A DNA stretch of 64,000 bases, from the NCBI GenBank assembly GCA_031371195.1, contig JANMJD010000090.1, positions 134 through 64,133 of the forward strand. The letters run 5' to 3'. Source of the stretch: Actinomycetes bacterium (GTDB lineage: Bacteria; Actinomycetota; Acidimicrobiia; Acidimicrobiales; Ilumatobacteraceae). The notes below the pieces were generated by a model. It was not told the DNA's origin, did no database searches, and was given only the letters and a program-made list of their open reading frames with translations. Below, one piece after another: positions 18,206-28,251 of this stretch; position 1 is the first letter of the stretch, and every line of letters begins with the position of its first letter. Both the position numbers and the translations under genes were made by a program.

Positions 18206-18819
18206 GTCATCGCGTCGGCCGCCCGCACAGCGAACGCTGCTCCGGCCCGTCGCAAAATCGTCGGCAACGGGCTCGACGAGCGAGTCACCCTGCACCAACG
18301 CGGGTTGGGCGCCGTGGCCGGGCGCGCCGTGCTCGAACTCTCGACGTTCAACCAGGGTGATCACCGGTCACCGCCGTGCCGGCGGGTCGCAAGCCGACGG
18401 TCGACATTGAGGTCGTCACCCTCGACTCCATGATCGGTGATCGCCGACCTGACCTGCTCAAACTCGACACACAAGGCTCCGAGGTCGGCATCCTCGACGG
18501 CGGCCGCCGGGCGTGGGCGCCGCGCCCCGGATCGGTCGACCCGGTGATCGTGTTGGAGTTCTGGCCGTATGGCCTGCAGCACTGCGGCACGTCGGTCGCC
18601 CGGCTGATCGCCCAGCTCGCCGAGTTGATCGACGTGACCCACCGGTGCTTCGAGATCGTCGAATGGCGCACCGCCCTCGATCGGCTGAGCCTCGTCGACC
18701 TCGAGCGGATGGTCACCGTCGGCGGCTATTGCGCCGAGATGAAGGGGTTCACCGACCTGCTGCTCGCGCCGATCGCTCGCGTCGACGAGATCTCCGAGCT
18801 GATCACGCCGCCGGGCTGA
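18206..18819 (+). pseudogene. FkbM-family methyltransferase remnant (N-terminally truncated and frameshifted)
   Basis: One frame (18206 onward) reads ...RRKIVGNGLDERVTLHQRGLGAVAGRAVLELSTFNQGDHRS and then stops. A different frame from 18376 continues VDIEVVTLDSMIGDRRPDLLKLDTQGSEVGILDGG, the FkbM core. No SAM-binding N-terminus fits between xseB and this point. Confidence 0.55.
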
Positions 18820-18933
18820 TCACGCCGGGCGTCGGACCATCGTCGAACCATGCGGTCCGTCGGATCAGGCGGTCCGTCGGATCAGGCGGGCCGTCGGACC
18901 ATCGTCGAACGGTGCGGGCCGTCGGATCAGGCC
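18801..18933. repeat. complex tandem repeat (17-bp short units, 27-28-bp long units) filling a convergent junction
   Basis: GATCACGCCGCCGGGCT / GATCACGCCGGGC... is followed by units in long-short-short-long-short order. Short unit GCGG(T/G)CCGTCGGATCAG at 18852, 18869 and 18914. Long unit ..CCGTCGGACCATCGTCGAACnnT at about 18825 and 18886. Confidence 0.8.
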
Positions 18934-18952
18934 GGCGAACGATGCCCACCGG

Positions 18953-21031
18953 TCAGCGGATGATCCGACCGAGTAACCAGGCGAGCACCTCGGGGGCACG
19001 ATCGGGATCGAAGTGGACACCATCGCGCATGCGGACATCGACGCAGTGGCTCGGACCCGTCGGGCAGACCAGCTCTGCGAGATCGATCACCTCGACATTG
19101 GGGCGCTGCGCCGCCGCGTCGCGCAGCATGTGGCGCACGCACTGCACCCGGCGCACGTGGTCGGCCGGGTAGATCCACCGCGATTGATCCGTCGACCATG
19201 CCGGCAGGATCACCACCGTTCTGCCGGCGCGCGTGACCAGCAGGTCGAGGCGGGCGACGATGTCGGCCTCGTACCAGGCCGTCATTTCCTCGCTGCACGG
19301 TCCGCGCCAGACACCGTCGAGTTCGCGGTCGACGACGATCCCCTGGCCGGCGAGAACGACGGCAACGGCCGTGGCATCACCCGCCGTCGCCCGACCGTCG
19401 ACGGTCGATAGCGCCTCCGGATGGGCGGAGAACGCCTCCGGGTACCACCGGGTCCAGTCCTGACAGGTGTCGGGCACGGCGAGCCGCGTGCCGTCGGCTC
19501 CACGACCGGCGGGCATGCCACGGGCCCCGTCACACCCCTCGACGGCCGCATCAACGACCGAAACATCACTCGGGATGATCGCTGCGCCGTCGCGCAACAG
19601 CCAGTCGGCAACCGAATCGCCGAAGACGACGACCCGGGGCGGGGTGGGCGGAATCGTCGTCGTCGGACCGGGATCGTTCGATGAATCGGCGATCGATACC
19701 GCAACGGCGACCGGCTCGGGGGCCGGCGCGGCGTTCACGACGCGAATCTGCGGGGTCTCGCCGGCGGACGCCGCAGGGACGGCGGCAACCGGCAGAATCG
19801 ACAGCCCGGCGCACGCGGCTGTGCCCGCTGCCAGGGCGCCAAGACCGCCGGTCACGGTGAGGCGGGCCGGCCAGCGATGCGTGCGCACCCGCATCTCGAT
19901 CAACCGGTACGAGAACTCCGACACCGCGAGCGACAGACCGATGCGGGCGGCAAACAGCGCGATCGGCGACCAACCCACCCGCGGTGACGACAACACGACG
20001 CTGATCGGCCAGTGGTAGAGGTACAGCCCATAGCTGATCCGCCCCAGTCGGCGCAGCGGAGCCCAGGACAGCATGCGGGAGATCCAGCCTTCGCGCACCG
20101 AGGCATTGAGCACCAACGCGCTGAGCACGGCGAACATGGGCAATCCACCCCGATACAGCCACGCCGAACCCAGGGTGGTCACCGAGAACACGACGAGCAT
20201 GATCGCCAGTGCGCCCCCGCCGACCACCTGGGCGCCGCGGGCCCGACGAGCGGCGCCGAGCGGTACCGCAAGCGCGACCAATCCGCCGATGGCGATCTCG
20301 GCGAGGCGGGTGTGGGTGGCGAGGTACACGACGTTGCGGTCGTCGCCGACGAGCGCGCCGACCACCGAGATCGCCGTGACCACGGCGAACGCCCAGGCCA
20401 ATGTGCGCCGCAGCCGCTCGGGTGACCGCCACCGCACGGCGAGGGCGACCAGCAGGGGAAAGACGATGTACCACTGCTCCTCGATCGCCAACGACCACAG
20501 ATGGTCGAGGACGCCCGGGCCTTGCCACAGTTCGGCGTAGCTGACGTGCTGGGTGATTTGCAGCCAATTGCTGGTGTACGTCAGACCGCCGATGATCTGG
20601 CGCTCGGTGCGGCCGGCCACATCGACGAAGCGGGCCAAAACGACGACGCCGGTCAGCAGCGCGACGAGCGCCGGAAGGAGGCGTCGCACCCGGCGCGCGT
20701 AGAACGCCATCACGTCGAGACGCCCTCGCTCGGCGACCTCGGTGAGCGCCAGGCTGGTGATCAGGTACCCGCTCAACGTGAAGAACAACGAGACGCCGAG
20801 GAATCCGCCCGGCAGCCAGCCTGCAGGCGCCGCATGGAACACGACGACCGCGAGGACGGCCAGCCCGCGCAGGCCATCGAGGGCGCCGATGTGGACCCGC
20901 GGCTGTTCGGTCGCGAACCGACCGGTTGAATCCGGCTCCGATGCGGCGTCGTCACCCACACCGGCAGGGTAGTGGCTTGGCCTCCCCGAGTTCTTGGTGT
21001 AGGCATGCAGTCCATGGTCGGACGCCGTCAA
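18953..21031 (-). CDS. acyltransferase-3 (OafA/OatA-like) membrane protein with C-terminal SGNH-type domain
   Basis: LDGLRGLAVLAVVVFH start of the acyltransferase-3 domain and about 10 TM segments. The C-terminal extracytoplasmic domain begins VVVFGDSVADW (GDS block). The start is uncertain; GTG at 20959 would avoid near-abutting the divergent neighbour. Confidence 0.85.
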   Translation of the reverse strand: MTASDHGLHAYTKNSGRPSHYPAGVGDDAASEPDSTGRFATEQPRVHIGALDGLRGLAVLAVVVFHAAPAGWLPGGFLGVSLFFTLSGYLITSLALTEVAERGRLDVMAFYARRVRRLLPALVALLTGVVVLARFVDVAGRTERQIIGGLTYTSNWLQITQHVSYAELWQGPGVLDHLWSLAIEEQWYIVFPLLVALAVRWRSPERLRRTLAWAFAVVTAISVVGALVGDDRNVVYLATHTRLAEIAIGGLVALAVPLGAARRARGAQVVGGGALAIMLVVFSVTTLGSAWLYRGGLPMFAVLSALVLNASVREGWISRMLSWAPLRRLGRISYGLYLYHWPISVVLSSPRVGWSPIALFAARIGLSLAVSEFSYRLIEMRVRTHRWPARLTVTGGLGALAAGTAACAGLSILPVAAVPAASAGETPQIRVVNAAPAPEPVAVAVSIADSSNDPGPTTTIPPTPPRVVVFGDSVADWLLRDGAAIIPSDVSVVDAAVEGCDGARGMPAGRGADGTRLAVPDTCQDWTRWYPEAFSAHPEALSTVDGRATAGDATAVAVVLAGQGIVVDRELDGVWRGPCSEEMTAWYEADIVARLDLLVTRAGRTVVILPAWSTDQSRWIYPADHVRRVQCVRHMLRDAAAQRPNVEVIDLAELVCPTGPSHCVDVRMRDGVHFDPDRAPEVLAWLLGRIIR

Positions 21032-21046
21032 CGAGACTCACGACCC

Positions 21047-22297
21047 ATGCCGGGTGACGACGAGATCGTGATGATCGAACTACTCGACGAGCAGGGCGAA
21101 CACGACGGCGGTGATGTGGCGTTCGGCATGGGCCGCCGCCGCGCATCAACGCCGGGCGAGGAGTCGCAGCATCGCCGTAAGGTCGCCCTGGGCTTACTCG
21201 GTGCTGTTGCCCTGGGCGGGGCCATTTGGTTCGTCGGGCGCAACGACAAGACCCCTGCCGACAGGAGCCCCGCCGTCACCTCCGCGTCCGCGCCGGTTTC
21301 AGGCACGACCATCGCACCCCAGGGAGAGGTTCCGCCCCTCCCCCCATTCACCGACACCGCGGCGGACGGCACCGCTGCCACCGAACCGCCGACCGTGGCA
21401 CCGACCACCGTGTTCGATGCCGGCGTCGGCCAGATCATCCCGACCGACACGTCGGTGGGGCTCTACGTCACATCGGAGGATCATCCCGATCGGGTGCTGC
21501 GGCTCGACATGGGCACCGGCATCGTCAGCGAGACCGCCGAGCCGGCGGTCGGCCGGGCGCACGCCGTGCTCGCCGGGGCCGACGGGTTGGTCGTCGTCGA
21601 CGATCGGACTGTCGGAGCGGACGCCTACAACGTGGTGATCAGCCCAGATGGCACCGTTTGGAAACCCAATCAGGCCGGTGACGGGATCGAACAGATCGAT
21701 CCGGTCTCGGGGAATCTCCTGCGCTCGGCGACACCGCCGCCCGGTTCGCTGTTCGGCGCTGCCGTGGTCGGCGTGTTGGCGGACGGTCGTCCGGTGGTCA
21801 TCGGTCCCGACATCCATGCTTACGCCGTCGGTGCCGACAACACCTTCGAACGAATCGGTGATGGCTTCCTGCTCGGCGCTCAGCCGGGGGGATACTGGGA
21901 GTCGAGTTGTGACCCGACGGCCGTCTGCCAGATGGTCATCCACGGTGTCGGCCAACCGGTGCTCTCCCTGCCGTCGATCGGCGACAATCAGACGTTGTCG
22001 GTGACAATGGCTCCGTCGGGACGCTTCGCACTGGTGGTGACCGACGGCCGGCCCGCAATTCTCGACCTGGCGACCGGCACCCCTACCGATCTGCAAGCAA
22101 CCGGCCTGACGGCGCCCAACGTCGGCAACTACTTCGGTCAGCCGGCCGTCGGGCTGTGGTACGGCCCCGACGATCGATATGTGATGTTCCCGACGGACAA
22201 CAACGTCGGCGTGTACGACACGACGACGGGCGAACTGCGGGTCGTGCCGTTGCCCGACGGAGTGTTCAACCCGACTTTGCTCGGATTCGCCCCGTAA
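21047..22297 (+). CDS. single-pass membrane hypothetical protein
   Basis: ATG at 21047. Acidic cytoplasmic head, TM VALGLLGAVALGGAIWFV, Pro/Thr linker, then about 300 aa of beta-rich sequence. No family recognised. Confidence 0.6.
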   Translation: MPGDDEIVMIELLDEQGEHDGGDVAFGMGRRRASTPGEESQHRRKVALGLLGAVALGGAIWFVGRNDKTPADRSPAVTSASAPVSGTTIAPQGEVPPLPPFTDTAADGTAATEPPTVAPTTVFDAGVGQIIPTDTSVGLYVTSEDHPDRVLRLDMGTGIVSETAEPAVGRAHAVLAGADGLVVVDDRTVGADAYNVVISPDGTVWKPNQAGDGIEQIDPVSGNLLRSATPPPGSLFGAAVVGVLADGRPVVIGPDIHAYAVGADNTFERIGDGFLLGAQPGGYWESSCDPTAVCQMVIHGVGQPVLSLPSIGDNQTLSVTMAPSGRFALVVTDGRPAILDLATGTPTDLQATGLTAPNVGNYFGQPAVGLWYGPDDRYVMFPTDNNVGVYDTTTGELRVVPLPDGVFNPTLLGFAP

Positions 22298-22308
22298 CCG
22301 ACATCAGC

Positions 22309-22365
22309 GGCAGAATCTCGGCGTTCTCTTGAGGCTCCATCCGGCACGATCGGGCGGATTCTGCC
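22309..22365. promoter_or_regulatory. 9-bp perfect inverted repeat upstream of crtE
   Basis: GGCAGAATC (22309-22317) and GATTCTGCC (22357-22365) are separated by 39 nt, 12 nt before the crtE GTG. Could be an operator pair, or a stem closing the upstream gene's 3-prime end. Confidence 0.3.
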
Positions 22366-22377
22366 TAGCCTGAGGAC

Positions 22378-23433
22378 GTGCCATCACCGCCGGCCTCGCT
22401 GACGTCGATTGCGCAGACGGTTGAAGCTCGCCTGATTGCGCTCCTCAACGAGGAGGAAGCCCGTTGGGCGGCGCTCGACGGCGAGTTGCGCAGCCCGTTG
22501 GCGGCGATCCGCCAGCTGGTCGGGGCGGGAGGGAAGCGGCTCCGACCGGCGTTCTGCTACTGGGGATTCGTCGGACTGGGCGGGTCGCCCGAAGATCAGG
22601 CGTGGATCGATGCCGGCGCCGCCTTCGAGCTGCTCCACGCCTTCGCCCTTTTCCACGACGACGTGATGGACGGTTCGTCGACCCGCCGGGGCGAGCGCAC
22701 CACCCACCTCACCTATGCCGACCGCCACCTCGAGGGCAACTGGACAGGTGAGGCCCGTCGGTTCGGCGAGGGCGTTGCCATCCTCGTCGGTGACCTCGCC
22801 TTCGTCTATGCCGATCAGCTGTTGCACGATGCGCCGGTGGTGGCCCGCCGACTGTGGACCGAGTTGCGTATCGAGCTCAACATCGGTCAATACCTCGACA
22901 TCCTCGGGACCGCCCGATCCGAGCGCAGCCGGCAGGTGGCATCGCGGATCGCCAGGTTCAAGAGCGCCAAGTACACCATCGAACGCCCGCTGCATCTGGG
23001 GGCGATGCTCGCCGACCCGTCGGCCGAGGCGATCCTGCCCGCCCTTTCCGCCTATGGCCTCCCCCTCGGTGATGCCTTCCAGATGCGCGACGATGTGCTC
23101 GGGGCGTTCGGCGACGAGACGGTGACCGGCAAGCCGGTGGGCGACGACCTGCGCGAGGGTAAACCGACACCGCTACTGGCGATCGCCCACGAACGGGCCA
23201 CTGCCGCTCAGCTCGCCGTCCTGAACCGGGTGGGCCGCCCCAACCTCGACGACCGCGACATCGCCTGCGTCCAGCAGGTGCTCGTCGACACCGGAGCGCT
23301 GGCCGAGCTCGAGTCGCAGATCGACACGCTGACGGTGCAGGCCATCGACGCGCTCGAGTCGGTCGATCTCGACGGGCGGGCCCGCCGGGCACTCGAGGAG
23401 TTGGCCCGCTTCGTCGCCTGGCGCAGCGCGTGA
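22378..23433 (+). CDS. crtE: polyprenyl diphosphate synthase (geranylgeranyl diphosphate synthase type)
   Basis: First Asp-rich motif LFHDDVMDGSSTRRG and second motif FQMRDDVLG. First gene of the carotenoid cluster. Confidence 0.85.
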   Translation: MPSPPASLTSIAQTVEARLIALLNEEEARWAALDGELRSPLAAIRQLVGAGGKRLRPAFCYWGFVGLGGSPEDQAWIDAGAAFELLHAFALFHDDVMDGSSTRRGERTTHLTYADRHLEGNWTGEARRFGEGVAILVGDLAFVYADQLLHDAPVVARRLWTELRIELNIGQYLDILGTARSERSRQVASRIARFKSAKYTIERPLHLGAMLADPSAEAILPALSAYGLPLGDAFQMRDDVLGAFGDETVTGKPVGDDLREGKPTPLLAIAHERATAAQLAVLNRVGRPNLDDRDIACVQQVLVDTGALAELESQIDTLTVQAIDALESVDLDGRARRALEELARFVAWRSA

Positions 23434-23436
23434 CCG

Positions 23437-24936
23437 ATGCCCAGTAGCGCCCAACGGGTCGTCGTCATCGGTGCCGGGCTCGGCGGACTCTCGGCGGCAG
23501 CCCACCTCGTCGGGCTCGGCCACCGCGTCACGGTCATCGAGCGCGAATCCATCCCCGGCGGCCGAGCCGGTCTGATCGCCGAGCAGGGGTTCCGACTCGA
23601 CAACGGCCCGACGGTGTTGACGATGCCCGAGCTGCTCGCCGACACGTTCCGGGCCGTGGGGGTCGAGATGACCGACTATTGCCCGGTCCACCCGGTCGAT
23701 CCGATGTACCGCGCCATCTACGCCGACGGGTCGACCCTGCGGATCTGGCATGACCGCCAACAGATGCTCGACGAGATCCGCTCGTTCGCGGGCCCGAAGG
23801 ACGCCGCCGGGTTCGAGCGGTTCTGTAGCTGGTTGCACGAGCTGTACACGATCGAGATGGCTCACTTCATCGACGTCAACTTCGACTCGCCGCTCGACCT
23901 CCTGCGACCGATCGCCCCGGCGATCAAGCTGGTCCGCCTCGGCGGCTTCGGGAAGCTGGGCCGGCGCGTCGCCTCGTTCTTCGACGACGAGCGGTTGCGG
24001 CGGATCTTCTCGTTCCAGTCGATGTACGCCGGGCTCGCGCCATATGACGCGCTGGCCATCTACGCCGTGATCACCTACATGGACTCGGTGCGCGGGGTCT
24101 ACTTTCCCGAGGGTGGGATGCATCGCATCGCCACCGGCCTCGCCGAGGCGATCACCGCCGCGGGCGGGACCATGCGATACGACACGCCCGCCGCCGCCGT
24201 CGTGCGCCACGCCGGGCCACGGGGCCGGGTGCGAGGAGTCTCGCTCGTGGACGGCGAGTTCATCGAGGCCGATGCCGTGGTCTGCAATCCCGACCTGCCC
24301 GTCGCGTATCGCACCCTGGTCGGGCCCGCCGTGAAGCCGCCGCGGGCCGCCCGGAGCGGCCACGGTCGGTATTCCCCCTCGTGCGTGTTGTGGGTGGCCG
24401 GTGTTCGCGGGCTGCCCCCGGCCGGAACAGCCCACCACAACATCCACTTCGGCGAGGGTTGGGATTCGGCGTTCACGGCGATCATCCGCGACGGGGTGAG
24501 GATGCCCGATCCGTCGATCCTGGTCACCGTCCACTCGCTCGACAGCCCCGACGCGGCGCCCGACGGCTGCACGTCGCTGTACGTGTTGGAGCCGACTCCC
24601 AACCTCGACGGACGTGTCGACTGGTCGGCCGAGGGCGACCGAATCGCCGCTGACCTGCGACGACGAGTCGCCGGGCTCGGCTACCCCACCGACGTCGTGG
24701 TGGAGAGAACGTACGACCCTCGGGATTGGGAGGCACTGGGGATGGAGCGGGGAACCCCGTTCGGCCTGGCCCACACCTTCTCGCAGACCGGGCCGTTTCG
24801 GCCCAACAACGTCGATCGTCAGGTCCCCGGCTTGGTGTTCGTCGGGTCGTCGACCGTGCCCGGAGTCGGCGTACCGATGGTGCTCGTCTCGGGAAAGCTG
24901 GCCGCAGCCCGAGTGCACGAGGCGGCACAACACTGA
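23437..24936 (+). CDS. crtI: phytoene desaturase
   Basis: N-terminal FAD fold VVVIGAGLGGLSAAAHL...ERESIPGGRAG. C-terminal VFVGSSTVPGVGVPMVLVSG block typical of CrtI. Confidence 0.9.
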   Translation: MPSSAQRVVVIGAGLGGLSAAAHLVGLGHRVTVIERESIPGGRAGLIAEQGFRLDNGPTVLTMPELLADTFRAVGVEMTDYCPVHPVDPMYRAIYADGSTLRIWHDRQQMLDEIRSFAGPKDAAGFERFCSWLHELYTIEMAHFIDVNFDSPLDLLRPIAPAIKLVRLGGFGKLGRRVASFFDDERLRRIFSFQSMYAGLAPYDALAIYAVITYMDSVRGVYFPEGGMHRIATGLAEAITAAGGTMRYDTPAAAVVRHAGPRGRVRGVSLVDGEFIEADAVVCNPDLPVAYRTLVGPAVKPPRAARSGHGRYSPSCVLWVAGVRGLPPAGTAHHNIHFGEGWDSAFTAIIRDGVRMPDPSILVTVHSLDSPDAAPDGCTSLYVLEPTPNLDGRVDWSAEGDRIAADLRRRVAGLGYPTDVVVERTYDPRDWEALGMERGTPFGLAHTFSQTGPFRPNNVDRQVPGLVFVGSSTVPGVGVPMVLVSGKLAAARVHEAAQH

Positions 24937-24996
24937 ATCGAGACAAGTCGGGGCACCGTAAGGCTCGCTTCCGGGCCCCCCGGTAACCTGCCGCCA

Positions 24997-25905
24997 GTGG
25001 CTTCCTCAGGTCGTGATGTCGGTCCGTTCAGGTTTGTGCGATCCCGGTTCGCCATCGTTCCGACCCCGATCACCCTCGAGGCGAGCTACGACCGCTGTCG
25101 CGAGCTCAACAAGCGGTATGGCACGACCTACTACTGGTCTACGAAGGTTCTTCCGCGGGTGAAGCGGCACCATGTGCATGCGCTCTACGCCTTCTGTCGC
25201 CTCGTCGACGACATCGTCGACGATCTCGGACCGGTATCCGGTGCCGAGCGGGCCGCGGCGGTCGAGGACTTCGAGGCGCTGTTCTTCGCCGACGTCGAAC
25301 AGGGCCACTCCGACCACGAGGTATTGCGGGCGGTCGTCCACACCATCCGGGCGTTCGATATCGACGTCGAGTGTTTCCGTCGCTTCCTGCGCTCGATGAA
25401 GATGGATCTGACGATCGAGCGCTACGAGACGTGGGATGACCTGCTCGTCTACATGGACGGCTCGGCGGCGGTGATCGGCGAGATGATGCTGCCGATACTC
25501 GAGCCGCTGCAGCCCGAGGCGCTCGGCCACGCCCGTGACCTCGGCAACGCCTTCCAGCTGACCAACTTCCTGCGCGACATCTCCGAAGACCTCGACCGCG
25601 GCCGCCAGTACATCCCTCAGTGCGACCTGCGCCGTTTCTCCGTCGATCTCACCGAGCGGCGTTGTACTCCGGCCTTCGTCGAGTTGATGCGCTTCGAGAT
25701 CGAGCGCTGCCGGGCGTTGTACGCCTCTGCCGACGCGGGCATTGCCATGCTGCCCCCGCAGTCCGCCCGCTGCATCACTGCGGCTCGCACCCTGTACGCC
25801 CGCATCCTCGACGGCATCGAGGCGCAGAAGTACGACGTCTTCGCCGAGCGGGTACGCGTGCCGACGTGGCGAAAGGCGATGATGATCGCCCGCCTGCTGA
25901 GATGA
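24997..25905 (+). CDS. crtB: phytoene synthase
   Basis: YAFCRLVDDIVDD (first DxxxD) and the NAFQLTNFLRDISEDLDRGRQYIP block. The GTG start at 24997 is uncertain. Confidence 0.9.
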   Translation: MASSGRDVGPFRFVRSRFAIVPTPITLEASYDRCRELNKRYGTTYYWSTKVLPRVKRHHVHALYAFCRLVDDIVDDLGPVSGAERAAAVEDFEALFFADVEQGHSDHEVLRAVVHTIRAFDIDVECFRRFLRSMKMDLTIERYETWDDLLVYMDGSAAVIGEMMLPILEPLQPEALGHARDLGNAFQLTNFLRDISEDLDRGRQYIPQCDLRRFSVDLTERRCTPAFVELMRFEIERCRALYASADAGIAMLPPQSARCITAARTLYARILDGIEAQKYDVFAERVRVPTWRKAMMIARLLR

Positions 25906-26669
25906 CGTCGCTCATCCGTCGGACCCTCACGCTGGGCCTGCGTCAAGCACCGGCCGTCGTCACATTGACATCGATGATCGCCACGCCGCTGTGCCGACGG
26001 GGTGGTCCCGGCCGCCGCCATCTCGCGGCCGTCGTGATCGGCGGGCTCGCCGCCACGACGGCCGCGAGTGCCGGGTCGCGATGGCGGCCCGAGCAGGTCG
26101 CCGGGACTGCCGGCGTCATCGCCGGAGCCACCGGACTCGCCGAGTGGATCGGCTCGACCACAGGCCTGCCGTTCGGTCGATATCGCTACTCGGGCATCCT
26201 GCAACCAACCGTCGCCGGCGTGCCGGTGCTCGTGCCCGCCGCGTGGTTCGCCATGGCCATACCGGCCCGCGAGGCTGCTCACGGCGCCCTCGGGCGGGCC
26301 TCGACTCCCGGGCGACGCATTGCCCTCGGAGCATTCGCCCTGATGGCATGGGATCTCTTCCTCGACCCGCAGATGGTCGGCGAGGGCTACTGGGTGTGGC
26401 ATCGCTGCGGCCGGTACCGGGGGATCCCGTGGAGCAACTTCGTCGGTTGGCTGCTCGTTTCGGCGGGGGTGATGGCCGCGCTCGAACGCACGCTGCCGGC
26501 CCAGGCGGTGGCCGACGCCGCCTTGATCGGCGAGTACACCGTCATCGGCGTGATGGAGACCGTCGGCTTCGCCCGCTTCTTCGGCGACTCGCTGGTGGCC
26601 CTGGTCGGGGGCAGCGCCATGGGTCCGCTGGCCGTCGCGGCATTGATCAACCGTCGCCGAGTCGGCTGA
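25902..26669 (+). CDS. cruF: carotenoid biosynthesis membrane protein, CruF-type (carotenoid 1,2-hydratase family, DUF422)
   Basis: ATG overlaps the crtB stop (ATGA). GLPFGRYRYS...GVPVLVPAAWFAM and AWDLFLDPQMVGEGYWVW...GIPWSNFVGW blocks, as I recall for this family. Multi-TM. Confidence 0.7.
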   Translation: MTSLIRRTLTLGLRQAPAVVTLTSMIATPLCRRGGPGRRHLAAVVIGGLAATTAASAGSRWRPEQVAGTAGVIAGATGLAEWIGSTTGLPFGRYRYSGILQPTVAGVPVLVPAAWFAMAIPAREAAHGALGRASTPGRRIALGAFALMAWDLFLDPQMVGEGYWVWHRCGRYRGIPWSNFVGWLLVSAGVMAALERTLPAQAVADAALIGEYTVIGVMETVGFARFFGDSLVALVGGSAMGPLAVAALINRRRVG

Positions 26670-28177
26670 TGCCGCGGGCAGATGGTGATCCGGGTTCGCC
26701 CGCGTCGGTCGTGGTGGTCGGCGGCGGGGTTGGCGGACTGGCTGCGGCGATTCGCCTGGCGGCCGGCGGGCATCGCGTCACGGTCTTCGAGCGCAACGAC
26801 GAACTCGGCGGCAAGCTGGGCGTACGGCAGCGGGATGGCTACTCGTTCGACACCGGCCCGTCACTCGTCACACTCCCCGCCGAGTTCGACGAACTCTTCG
26901 CCCTCGTCGGCCGCCGGCTGGTCGACGAGGTCGACCTGATCTCGCTCACGCCCCAGTTCCGCTACCGCTGGGCCGACGGCACCGTGTGGGACGTGCCGTC
27001 GCACGACGCCGTTGCGGCCGTCGGCACATCGGACCCCCACATCCCGGGTGACCCACAGCGGCTCGCCCGGTTCCTGGAGATCGGCGGCGAGATGTGGGAT
27101 GTCAGCCGGCGAACGTTCTTCGCCGGTCCGATGAGCGGCCCGATCTCACTGACGCGCCGGATGAGGTCACCGCGCGATCTGGCCACGATCCGTCCGCTGA
27201 CAACGCTGCAGTCCTTTGCACGAGATGAACTCGGCGATCCGCGGCTGGTGCAGTGGGCCGGGCGGTACGCGACGTACTCGGGCTCATCCCCGTTCCGAGC
27301 CCCGGCGGCGCTTGCCTGCATTCCGGCACTCGAGGCCCGCTACGGCTGCTGGTACCCACGCGGTGGTCTCGGCGAGCTACGCGACTCCCTCGTGCGGCTC
27401 GCCGAGAAGGTTGGCGTGGAGCTGCGCACCGGCACGGACGTCGCCCGCCTGCGCCTGCACCCGACCGGCTCCCGCGGTACCGGCCGCGCTTGTCGAGTAC
27501 GCGGAGTTGAGTTGGTCGACGGCACCTTCCAGCCCGCCGACATCGTCGTCGCCAATGTCGACGCCGATCATCTGTACGCCGACCTGTTGCCGAACAGGAG
27601 GGCGTTGCGCCGGGTGCGGCGAGCTCCCCGATCGACCAGCGGACTGGCCATTCTGGCCGGGGTACGCGGCACCACGGGCGGCCTCGCCCATCACAATGTG
27701 TGGTTCTCGGCCGACTACCAACTCGAGTTCGCCCAGCTCCGGGCAGGTGAACCGGCGACCGATCCAACGATCTATGCCTGTGTCTCATCGGTCACCGATC
27801 CCACGCAGGCACCGGTCGGGTGCGAGAACTGGTTCCTGCTGGTCAACACGCCGCCCCGACCCGATCGGGTGCCGGCCTCGTATGCCGACGTCGTACTGGC
27901 CCGCCTCGCGGCGCATGGGGTCGACCTGCGCGAGCGCCTGGAGTTCACCGAGGTGATCACGCCGGGCGACATCGAGGCACGGTTCCGCAGCGCCGGCGGA
28001 TCCATCTACGGCACCTCGTCCGACGGCCGCCGGGCGGCGTTCCTCCGCCCCGCCAACCGTGGGGTCTGTCGCGGCATGTACCTCGCCGGTGGGTCGAGCC
28101 ATCCCGGGGGAGGCCTGCCGCTGGTGTTGATCAGCGCCCGCATCGTGGCCGACATGATCGCCCGGGACGGCTGGTGA
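26669..28177 (+). CDS. crtD: CrtI-family carotenoid desaturase (CrtD-like 3,4-desaturase)
   Basis: ATG overlaps the cruF stop (TGATG). VVVVGGGVGGLAAAIRLAAGGHRVTVFERNDELGGK dinucleotide fold. C-terminal MYLAGGSSHPGGGLPLVLISA. It is a second CrtI paralog placed after cruF. Confidence 0.75.
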   Translation: MPRADGDPGSPASVVVVGGGVGGLAAAIRLAAGGHRVTVFERNDELGGKLGVRQRDGYSFDTGPSLVTLPAEFDELFALVGRRLVDEVDLISLTPQFRYRWADGTVWDVPSHDAVAAVGTSDPHIPGDPQRLARFLEIGGEMWDVSRRTFFAGPMSGPISLTRRMRSPRDLATIRPLTTLQSFARDELGDPRLVQWAGRYATYSGSSPFRAPAALACIPALEARYGCWYPRGGLGELRDSLVRLAEKVGVELRTGTDVARLRLHPTGSRGTGRACRVRGVELVDGTFQPADIVVANVDADHLYADLLPNRRALRRVRRAPRSTSGLAILAGVRGTTGGLAHHNVWFSADYQLEFAQLRAGEPATDPTIYACVSSVTDPTQAPVGCENWFLLVNTPPRPDRVPASYADVVLARLAAHGVDLRERLEFTEVITPGDIEARFRSAGGSIYGTSSDGRRAAFLRPANRGVCRGMYLAGGSSHPGGGLPLVLISARIVADMIARDGW

Positions 28178-28251
28178 GACCGGCATCGCCCGCCAGGAGC
28201 GCCCGGCTCGGGTCCGCTTCTCGCCACACACGCCGACGTCGATGGGTCGGC

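Noticed and set aside
18801-18933. Possible CRISPR arrays at 18801-18933 and 30747-30860
   Set aside because: The units are contiguous with no unique spacers, are only 15-28 bp long, and no cas genes are present. They are plain tandem repeats.
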